Of a stretch of DNA of 64,000 nt, positions 1 through 10,600 are shown one piece after another. Origin of the DNA: a virus. The stretch's first letter is position 1, and each line of letters starts with the position of its first letter. Position numbers and translations under genes: made by a program. The DNA lies in IMG/VR virus record IMGVR_UViG_3300047368_000327, positions 1 to 64,000 of that record; one strand, 5' to 3'. The notes beneath the pieces are model-generated. The model was not told where the DNA came from. It worked only from the letters and a program-made list of their open reading frames with translations, and did not search any database.

Positions 1-2
1 TT

Positions 3-194
3 GGAGACAATAAAACAGTTGATTTAACATTCACAGCTACCATTGGTGGTGGCGACGATGCCGACAATGGATTGTTTATATCTGGAAAAGAAGCGGCAGA
101 TGCAGCTATCCCAGGATTTCCTCCATCTTGGACAGGCCTGAACGGAGAAGAAAATACTCCAGTATCAGGTTTGTACATGGGTTACAGGAAGTAA
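3..194 (+). CDS. C-terminal fragment of a tail tube-like protein (5' truncated by window edge)
   Basis: Open frame GDNKTVDLTFTATIGGGDDADNGLFISG...YRK*. It aligns by eye with the C-terminus of the next gene (IGSIATVDCNFSFGVSRNNGFFMSG). Confidence 0.6.
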   Translation, partial: GDNKTVDLTFTATIGGGDDADNGLFISGKEAADAAIPGFPPSWTGLNGEENTPVSGLYMGYRK

Positions 195-216
195 TTTTAT
201 TTTGTAGACTGCGGGG

Positions 217-230
217 GTGTATATACATAT
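217..230 (+). promoter_or_regulatory. GTGTA element 9 nt upstream of ATG (putative phage-specific promoter, leaderless mRNA)
   Basis: GTGTA-TATACATAT-ATG. The same geometry recurs before four other genes. Confidence 0.55.
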
Positions 231-1595
231 ATGCACCCAAATAGAAATGCAATAAAATACAATTCAGTCGGATTGTTCTTGACTGATTCTCCTGGAGCTT
301 ATCCGGATACAGAACATCTTTATTTCTTAAATAGGGTTCAGTCTGCAAGCATATCTGTTGACGTAGCTAGACAGAACGTACAGCATATAGGGGCAGAAGA
401 TTTTCTTGATAGAAAAATAGTTTCAGAGCCAAGTATAAATGTCCAGTTCGATTATCTATTAACGGACGGACATGAGGAGAAAGTTTTAGGCTTTAATACT
501 TCTCAGCAAGGACAATCTTTTCCTACGGGAACGATTTACTCAAATATTAAAGAAGACAAAAGCCTATTTATGGCTGTTGGTCAAGAGCAATTTGACTTAA
601 CGGGCTACAGTAATAGAGAAAATGGATACTCCGGAACAGATGTAATAGGTGTTGGCAATTGTTATATAACTGATTATTCTATAAGCGCTAGCGTTGGGGA
701 CTTTGCTAAGGCTTCAGTTTCAATGGTTGGTTCAAACGTAAGGCATTCTTGCGAGGGGTCTGGAAAAGGTGGTTACAGTTGGCTAGACAGTGTAAACGAC
801 ATGGCCTTTTTGATGACACAGTTAAATGGATTTATAAATTTGCAAGACGGAGGAATGATACCTCTAGGTTCAAGCGAAAGGCGCATATATAAAGCTGGAG
901 TTCCTAACCCATCCCTAGATTTAATTAATGATGGTTCAGATGTAGTTGGGCCAATCATGGAGAGAGACGGAAAACAAATACAATTGGGCACAGGCATAGA
1001 GTTTGATCCGATAATGTATAAAAGTCCAGTATCTGCGATCCCCCCCGGAGGTATAAATGTAAACCTAAAAAATTTAAACGTTGGTGGCCCGATACTTTCT
1101 GGGCTAAGAGAGGGCACGTGTACTAAAGGTTCGGCCAATATACAAAGCTTTAACATTAACCTTCCGTTTGATAGAGAAAATTTATATGGATTTGGCTCCA
1201 TGCATGCTTACGGAAGAAAAATGAAATACCCGCAAGTGGGAACCATATCATTCTCTTTGCTGGCTAGCGCTTTTGAAACTGGCGACTTAAGGACAATGTT
1301 TTGTGATGACGAAGAATACCAAATCGAAATAAATCTAAACAACCATTGTGACTTTACTTGTGCGCCATCTAGTGAACATGAGACTTTTATAAAATATATA
1401 ATTAATAATGCTAAATTTGATAGTTATAATTTTAATGAATCAATTGGTTCTATAGCTACTGTAGATTGTAACTTTAGTTTTGGGGTTAGTCGCAATAATG
1501 GATTTTTCATGAGTGGTTCTTTTGAGGAGTATTATTTAGCGCTACAGAGACAAGGCTTGGTCGAGCTTGAGCAGGGTGGGTTGATACCAGTATAA
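231..1595 (+). CDS. Tail tube-like / major tail protein paralogue
   Basis: 454 aa, beta-rich, with two tube-like halves (RVQSASISVDVARQNV; IQSFNINLPFDRENLYGFG). Lies directly upstream of the TMP. Confidence 0.6.
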   Translation: MHPNRNAIKYNSVGLFLTDSPGAYPDTEHLYFLNRVQSASISVDVARQNVQHIGAEDFLDRKIVSEPSINVQFDYLLTDGHEEKVLGFNTSQQGQSFPTGTIYSNIKEDKSLFMAVGQEQFDLTGYSNRENGYSGTDVIGVGNCYITDYSISASVGDFAKASVSMVGSNVRHSCEGSGKGGYSWLDSVNDMAFLMTQLNGFINLQDGGMIPLGSSERRIYKAGVPNPSLDLINDGSDVVGPIMERDGKQIQLGTGIEFDPIMYKSPVSAIPPGGINVNLKNLNVGGPILSGLREGTCTKGSANIQSFNINLPFDRENLYGFGSMHAYGRKMKYPQVGTISFSLLASAFETGDLRTMFCDDEEYQIEINLNNHCDFTCAPSSEHETFIKYIINNAKFDSYNFNESIGSIATVDCNFSFGVSRNNGFFMSGSFEEYYLALQRQGLVELEQGGLIPV

Positions 1596-1631
1596 ATAAA
1601 AAGAATAAAGCTTAAAGCTATTATTTTTTAG

Positions 1632-1685
1632 GTGTACATATATGTGATTATTAATATAATCATATATTAACAAGGTATAAGGAAA
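1632..1685 (+). promoter_or_regulatory. GTGTA element and purine-rich RBS-like sequence upstream of TMP
   Basis: GTGTACATATAT at 1632. AAGGTATAAGGAAA lies immediately before ATG 1686. Confidence 0.4.
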
Positions 1686-4600
1686 ATGGCAGGAATAAGG
1701 GCAGATGTAAATCTTAATGTAAATACTTCTCAAGCGAAGAGAAGTATGGACAGGGCTGCGGCCGAGATAAATAAAGTCGTAAATAATATAGGCGGCAAAC
1801 AAATATCTTTTAATGTTAATGGTAGAAGTTTTACTCAGCCTCTTGGTCGAATCACTGCTTCGGCGAACGAATTCACTAAATCGCTGGAAGCTTCTAATGC
1901 GCGTGTTATAGCTTTTGGAGCTTCAGTAGGAATAATAAATGGAATATCTGATGCCTTTAAGAATTTAGTTCTTGAGACGGTAAAGTTTGAAAAAACATTG
2001 ATGGATATTAATGTGGTTCTGAACGCCTCTTCTCAATCTTTGCAGGAATTTGGTAGTGGATTATTTGATGTAGCTAAAAACACGGCTCAATCCTTTACTG
2101 TGGCATCTGAGGCTGCTTTAGAGTTTTCACGTCAAGGTTTAACCATGGAAGAGGTTCTAATCAGAACAAATGATGCGTTGACTTTGACTAGGTTGACCGG
2201 GCTAAAAGCTGCTGAAGCCGTATCTGGGTTAACGGCTGCGGTAAATGCATTCGGGCAGGCAGGCTTAAGTACTACAGATATTATTGATAAGCTAGCTGCA
2301 GTAGATGTTCAGTTTGCTGTAAGTTCAGAAGATTTAATTAATGCATTAGAGCGAACTGGAGCAGTCGCAATTGACGCAGGTGTTGAAATAGACAGCTTGA
2401 TTGGTTTGGTTACAGCCTTGCAGCAAACAACTGCTCGTGGTGGCGCAGTTATAGGTAATGGACTTAAAACTATATTTACCAGAATACAAAGGCCTCAGTC
2501 TATACAGCAATTAGAAGATATGGGTATAGCTGTAAAGAATTTATCTGGAGCAATATTGCCTGCCGATAAGATCATGCTAAATATGGCGAAGTCTTTTGAC
2601 TCGTTAACTCAGTCTCAGCAATCAAACATAGTTCAGTTTTCAGCTGGAATATTTCAGGCCAATGTATTTAGAGCAGCCTTGAAAGATTTATCGAAGGAAC
2701 AGAGTATTCAAGCTCAAGCTACCAAAATAGCTGGAGATGCTTCTGGGGATGCTGCCGTAAAAAACGAGATGCTCAACAAGACCATGTCTGCAATGGCGTC
2801 TCAAACTGTTTCATCAATTGAGGAGCTTGCTGAAACAATTGGTAAGTTAGCTTTTACCCCAGAAATAGGAGGGTTTTTATCTTTTATTCAGGATGGAGTA
2901 GAGGGCATAAAAAACATGCTTGGAGGTGGAGAAGAAGAGGGAGATGCTTTTGCCAAAGGCTTGGTTAAGGGTATAGGCAATGTTCTAACTGGACCAGCAG
3001 CAATAGCTTTCGGCGCAATTTTTATAAAACTTTTTGTAAATATATCTAAGTTCGCAAATAACTCACTGAAAGATGTGCTTGGAATAGTTAGTGAAAAGGA
3101 TAAAGTTAAGCAAATGGAAGAATCCATAACCAAGGCTTTATCTGATAATTTAAAACTGCAAGAGGGTTTAAATAATTTAGAAGGTGATCGAAAAGCTCAA
3201 GAGCAATTCATATTAGGTATAATCGAGAAACAAAATAAAGCAATGGCGGAGCAAGCAAATCTGGCTGCGCGTTTAGCTAAACCTTTGGTTAGGGCTGGGA
3301 TAAATCCAGATTTCACTTCTTCAGCGCCAGTTACCGCTTCATCCGGAGTACTGCCAGAGGCGGCCAAAAAAGAAAGAAAAGGAGCTTCTCGGGGTGGTTA
3401 TTCAGCAGGAGCCGTGGACTCAATGGATATTCCTGGGATGGGGGAAGTTGTTTATAATAAAGCTGAAAAAGTAAAGCAGTTCCCAGGGATGAGACAACCT
3501 GCAATTATGCCTCCCGAGCAAAGTAGGGCAGGAAGAACTTACAGAGATGCTTTTGCTGGTCAGCACGGGTTTGATCCGTATGCTAGTGGGGGATTAATTC
3601 CTAATTTTGCAAGAATGGAGGGTAGTAAATTAGTTTTAGATAAATCAAAGATGAAATTAATGGCAGATCCTCAACAAGCTAGGGTTGGTCAAAAGATAAG
3701 GAAAAGCTATGCAGAACTATCAAATAGTGGTCGACCTGTAAATATAGAAGCTGATATCAATAATCTTACTGTTGGCCGAGGCGGCAGTCATACAGCTAAA
3801 ATAAAAGACGTCCTTTCATTTTTAAGGAGCGAGGGAGTAGGAAGTATAGAAAGACCTTTTGATTTAGAAAAACTACCATTCAGGGGGAAAAAAGATGGTC
3901 AAGGAGCAGAAAAGGCTAGCCTTAAGGCTTTAGGTACTAAATATTTTTCAACTGGAGGTAAATCAGGAGACGAGACTTTTCCAGTCGATCTTGCTGGTTT
4001 AGATATGACTCCTTATGAAGTAAAGTCAGGGCAATGGAAGCTTCCGAATGTTTTATTGAAGAGTCTTCGTTTGTATACTGATGATGGATTATTGACTTTT
4101 GCTGAAAAGTATTTTGGGGCTGACCGAGAAATGATTCAGGAGGCCAGGGATGAGAAATTTAAAAAATCATCTGGTTTATTAAAAAAGAAAGGCTTTATAA
4201 AAGAAGGCTTAAATAGAAAAGAACAAGAAGATATAATAAATAGATTTCTTCTTCATGGTGGCTTAATTCCTAATTTTGCTGACGATAAGGTTAAGCCTGT
4301 TAAATCTATAGCTAATATTATTGACGGAGATAGTATAGAGGCCGATATTTTAGTTGGCACTCAAAGAGTAGATCACAGATTGCAAGGAGTAGATGCTGTA
4401 GAAAAAAATCAAGCATATGGGACTAGAGCTACAACTATAGCTAAAAACTTTTACAATGATGATAAAAAGGGAAGACTAAGACTTAGAGATCGTATAGTCC
4501 AAGATGGAAAAGCTGCATACGGAAGAGGGCTTTTTAAAGATCAAGATTTAGCAAGGACTTTAATTGAAAAAGGATATGGAGTTCCTGATGCTGGATACCT

Positions 4601-7600
4601 AAATAAATCAGAATACTTTAAATATCAAGAAATTGCTGAGAAAGCCAAAAGTAAGGGTGTTGGTATATGGAGAGACAAAACTAAAAAGACAGGAAAATAT
4701 AGGCATCCTAAAGCACAATTTTATTTACATCAGCAAGGTATAGTTCAAAAGGCTGACAAGTGGAAAGATGTTACTGTTTCAGACACTAGATTTTATAAAG
4801 AAGGGGTTAACTTATCAAATAAAAAATTTAAAGGTTATGCTGATGGCGGTAGAAAGTTTAGGCATTCTGGATTGATTCCCAATTTTATTGACACGAGAAC
4901 TCGTCAGCAAAAAATTCAAGACGTATTACGTGATCCAGCAAATAAAGGTATTAATTTCAAGGGTGGAGCCCTTGCTCCGATGTCAATTAAATCTAAGAAC
5001 ATGTTTCACCAAATGTTCTTGGAGAGTTATGTAAACAAAGGATTGGAAAGCGATTACGATATGCTCGTAAAGATGGGTTATGATCCTCAAGAAATAACTG
5101 CAGCAAGAAAACACAAGCAAAAGGGTGGAAAAGTTAATGTTTTAGCCAAAGGCCATGTGCCCAACTTTGCGGCTAGCTGGAAAAGATTTAAAAAATTTGA
5201 TAAAAATCAATACCTTAAAAGTTTAAAAAAGGGCAAAAGCAATAACGAGCAAGCCAAGATCGATGCATACGTAAAAGCCGCAGGAGGAGCCCAAAAGTTT
5301 CAAAGATTGAATGAGAAGTTTGGGTTAGATAAAGTTGACGACATATTTCAGATACTTGGATTTGCAAAAGGTTATGTCCCTAATTTTGCAAACCCTTTAG
5401 AAGACGCTATATCAAGAGAAAAAGCAGCAGGAGTTCCTCAAGAAAGAATCAGAGTAGAAAAAAGTAGTCAATTGAAGGGTCCGCAAAACCCTATGGGGCT
5501 AGCCGTAACTAATACGAGAGATGAACCGGCGGGAGTGCAACAAGGAATACGTCGCGCTAAAAGCATGGGGGTTAACCCAAAAGAGCATGGAGCTAACGTT
5601 GGCTTTGTGCCCAATTTTGAAAGCGATGATTCCAGGGTTCAGAGACTAGAAAAAGGCACCTCAGTAAAAGTAGGTTTCAAAGATCTTGAGAACTCCGTAA
5701 AAAAACTCTCATCATCTGTAGATAAAGCCGCTAAAAAAATCAGCGAAAACCAAAAGAAAATTGATAATAAAAGTGCCTCGTTAAATAAGGAAGAGCTACT
5801 AAAAAACGAGAATGATATTATCAAAAAAATGACGACGGCCAAGAAGGGGGAATTAAGAGGTCTTAAAGCGCAGTTTGATGCGAACTTAAAACTTAGGGAG
5901 TCTGTACATGAATCCACTAGAGCTATAGATGATTCTTCTGATGCAGAGGGTTCATCTCTTCAGAAGCTTTTCTACATGCAATCTGCGATCAGTTTGGTTA
6001 ATGGTCAATTTGAACAGCTATCAGAAACATCTTCTGGCATGACAAAAGTATTCGCAGATGCTATTCTTGGAGTTAGCAACCTTACCGCCGCATACATTCA
6101 GCAAAAAGAACTTGTTAGTGAGGGCATGAACATGCTTGGAACAAAGAGGAGCGAGTCTTTCTCTTTGGGACAAATTGTAGACCCAGAGGCAAGGCAATCG
6201 AGAAGGAGGGCAGCTGCTGCCGCCGAAGCTAGAGTTTCCGGGTCTAGGGTTGGTAGGGGTGGGGCACTTTCAGGCTTAATCGGGGGCGCAGGTAAACTCA
6301 GTAGAGCGTTTGGTAGATTTTTGCCACTAGTGGGGCAGGCATATACTTTGTTTACTGGATTAAATGAGGCTTTTAAGTTTTTTAATATTGGCGAAATGTT
6401 TGGATTGGAGAAAGGCTCAGGACTGATGGATTTACTGAGCACCACCTCTGAAAGGGCGTCAAAGAAGATAGAAAAACTAGGAGAAAGTACGGATAAATTG
6501 CAATCAGCATTTGAGAGCTTGCAGACTCAATCTCAGAATAATGAAAAAATAGATGAGCTGGAGATCTTGGGCGCAAGAAGAACCCAAAAACAAGAGCTAA
6601 AGTTGCAAGAGCTGAAGCTAAAGGGTTTTGATTTAGAGGTAAAATCCCAAGAAGCAATGTCTGCGTTATTGGACGAAAATATGGTTGGATCAAAAGTTGC
6701 TCAGAAATTTACTGAGGAATTAGCTAAGGGTACAACTGGCAATGAAGACTACTCTAGGATCATAAAAGAAGTTATAGCCGCTCAAAGGAAGCAAATGTCG
6801 TTTCTGCAGGGAACGAAATCTTTTGGAGAGTTGATTGATAAAAAACTCGATGTATTTTCCGCCGATAAAGGTGAGGAAAAATTTCTTAAATCTGCAGCAA
6901 AAATGAGAGGCTCTCAGCTTGGAATGGGGCTTTCTAGTGTTCTAGCTGGAGAAGAAAGCGCTGAAACGGAAGATAGACTTAAGATTTTAAATAGAAACAT
7001 TGCCGCCTTATCAAAGGAAACAAGCGTTGATTTAACAAGCATGGGCGATTTAAGCAGTTTAACCGATAGGCTTTCTTCTGGGCTAAAAGGTACTGAGAAT
7101 TTTGATTCAGAAATGATTGCGTCACAGATCAATATGCTGGGAAACAATATTGACGAAGCTATAGATAACACCTCAGGCTTACACAAGGTTGAATCAGAGG
7201 CTTTTGGTGGGGCAATGGAGAAAATAGTTTCGCAGCTTAGAATATTCAAAAAACAACTAGAGGGAGAGTCTGAAAGAAAGCAAGAAGTTCAGCTTAAAAA
7301 AGAATACATAGAGGCATACAAACAAGTAATCTTCGAGATTGGTGAATTCAGAAAAAACACGAAGCACGAGTCAAAGCTATCTCTCGAGGCATTAAAACAT
7401 TCAAGTTCCATACTTCTCTCTAGCGAGAAGCTATCATTGCAATACAATGCTATCGAAAAAGAAGCCGCTATATCTCTCGAGTTCGCAAGAAAGAGAAACG
7501 AAATAGACAGTAAATTTACAAACGATTTGCAGGCTGCAGAAATCGGAGTCATTGACAGCTTAAATAAAACTAGGGATACGTATTTAAACACTGAAGCTTT

Positions 7601-10600
7601 AGCCTCCATGTTTAATAAAAAAGGATCCGAGGCTGATAAGGCGGTAGGAGAGCTAAAGAAGAAAATTAATGAAGGAGTAAAAGCTACAGACTTTTCAGCG
7701 GTGCAAACCGAACTGGGCATAACGCTTGACAGCTCTGCAATGGATTCAATAAATAAGATATTTCAGGACGTAGCAGATGAGTCGAAAAATTTTAATAGCA
7801 ATATTCAAATAATGACAATGCTCGCAAAAAAACATGGCGAGATTCTTGACTCAAATAATTCTGCAGCCTTAATAACATTATTACATCAAAAAGGAATTGT
7901 TAATATAAGTGCAGAAGATTTAATTAAAGCAAAACAAATTTTAAAAGAAAAAGACAGAAAGCTTGAATCATTAAAACAGTCAGCAGACAATCAAAAAGCC
8001 ATAACTGACCAAAACGAAAAAGAAAGACTTATTTCGGAAAAAACCGTAAAGGGCGCTACCGCATTATTTAGGCATTTGGGAATGGATGTTGATGCTCAAG
8101 CCGCGATAACCAAGAACCGTGAAAACATTCTAAAAAGCATAAAAGGCGAAGCCATGCATATGGCCGTAACAAACAAGCAGGGCGAGGGTTTGGCGTCAGC
8201 AGTAGCTCAAAGTTTAGAGATGCAACAAAAAGGTCTCGAGTCGCAAAAGGAGAAAAATAGAAATGACGCGATTGCGGCCGTGTTATCTCTTAGACAATTA
8301 GAGGCTCAGACAGGTGCGCTCGCTGAATCTGAAGACAATAAAATTATTTTAGAAGCTAAAAATAAGAGCGAAATTTTAAATGCCGAAAGGGCTGCTCAAG
8401 AATCGCAATCAAGGTTGGAGTTTTTAAGTGGTCAGAAAAGCCGATCCGAGTTAGTAAAGCAACAGCTTGCTAAGGAAATTGCAGATTTAAGAAGTGGTAA
8501 TTTATTGGCGGCTGAAAAGAATAAACAACTATCAGAAGGTAAGGCTCTTACCGAACTAGTTGGAGAGCAAAGAGAGCAAGCGCTTCATTCCGCCAGGCTG
8601 GAAGCTTTAATTGCAGCGGAAAACGCAATACTTCTCACTGAGAAAGGCAAGCAGGCTAAACTAATCCAGCAGGCAAATGAATTACAGGAAGCCTCCAACA
8701 AGTTGACTGAATTTCAAAATGCAATAACTAAAGCAAAGGTAGATAAGAGGGCTTTGGCCGTTACTGCTGGGGCTGATATTGGAATTGAGAAAGCTAATGC
8801 GATTGCGTCAACAAGAACCGCAGGGATGAGGGCTCAAATAGATCCTAGTGCTGAAAATATGGCTGCTTATGCTGCTTCGCTTGAGGAGACTAATAAATTG
8901 CTTGGTAATGGTAGTAGAGCAATGGATAGGCTTAGATCAAAAATGGCAGAACTTAATGTTGGTGCAGAAAATCTTGGTGCTGATTTAGTGGATATTGGAA
9001 TTGATAATGCAAGAAGTGGGCTTAAGCAGTTGTTCAAGGATATTGGTAGCGGTTCAAAAAGCGCAAGTGAGGCATGGTCTGACTTTGGTCTAGGCCTTGC
9101 GGATCAATTGCTTGATCGAATGATGGACGCAAACATAGATAAGATTTTAAAAGACTTGACATTTGCGTTTACCGGAGAAGAAGGAAAATCTGACGAAGCT
9201 AAAATGACTGATGAGATGCGTCATTTTGGTGGGGTACTTGAAAAACTTAATACTCCATTGGGAGACTTAACTTCTGAAGTTAGAGCTCTTAAGGAGGTTA
9301 TGCAGAATCAAATTTCAAAAGAAGAGGGTGTTAATACGCCACCTGATGCAAAAATACCTGATGGTTCTACTTTTAAGCCAGGTCAAAGCCCTGGTGGAGC
9401 TTTTGCGGATGTACAGATACAATCACAAATAGCCAAAGACATACAGGGTGCTAAAACATTCGTGAAAACATTTAAAGACGCTTCGATAGATATATTTACG
9501 GACTTTGCGAGTAGGGCAATTGGTATTTTTAAGGGGTTAACTCAGTCTCAAGCGACAGAGGCAGGAACTGCTAAATCAAAGGAATATAGAACCACAGATC
9601 TTTACGAGGCTCAGGATGAATTAAGTAGTTTTAAACAAAATAATCTTTTTAAGCCTAAACCAAAACAAATAAATCAAATGAATTTTTCAGAGAAAGGTGA
9701 TTACGTTTTGGAACAACTGATGCCTATAAATGAAGAAATGCAGATGTCAGAGTATAAAGAGCAAAGATCAAACATCTTTAACCAGGAAGCGAAAAACAAT
9801 ATAATAGCTAAATCCATTGAAGAAAAAAAACTTAAAGAACTTGAAGAACGACTTGCCCAGGTGAAGAAAATAGAAAACCCAAGTCGTGGTGAACATCAGG
9901 AACTAAAAACACTTAAAACTGAAATAAATGAAAGCAAAGGAAAAATTAAAGATCTTGGAAAAAAAATAAAGCCAGTTATAGAAAATCTCGAAGGATTAGA
10001 TGAAGAATTTAATCAAGCAAAAAGCGCACTTCAAGAATTAACAAGTAAAGTAGGCGAGATAAATAAGAACTTGCGCCTTCAGGAGATCAATATTCCAGAA
10101 TTGCAAACCTCAACAGATCGGCTGATGCAAAATTCAAATCCAGAAGCTTATAAGATTCTAACCGGAGGAATGTTGTCAGGCGGCAAAATACAGCACTTCG
10201 CAAAGGGCGGATTTGTAGACGGGCCAGCAGGTGTAGATAAAGTTCCTGCAATGTTAACGGCGGGAGAATATGTCGTACCAAAAGAACAAGCAAAGCAATT
10301 CAAGCATAGCGGCGGAGAGATACAGAATTTTTCAATAGGTGGAATGGCCAAAGAGCTAAACAACCCAAACACTGAAAGCAGGCCAATCAGGGGAGCTCAA
10401 GGGGTGACACAGTTACTGGTCATGAACGAAGTCGCTCGCGGGGTGGCTAAATATTTAGAAAAGCCAAAAGATGACGGGCCTCCGACATTTGATAAAAATA
10501 AATTCAACAATTTAGACCTAAGGTCAGATGTAAACATTAAGCGTGGAGACCCCAGGTTGAGTGCAAGATTTTTAGCTAAAGATCCAGTGATGCAGGAATA

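Noticed and set aside
3591-5621. Inteins or mobile introns as the explanation for nuclease domains in the TMP
   Set aside because: No Cys/Ser-start and His-Asn-end splicing motifs, no LAGLIDADG/HNH domains, and the frame is uninterrupted.
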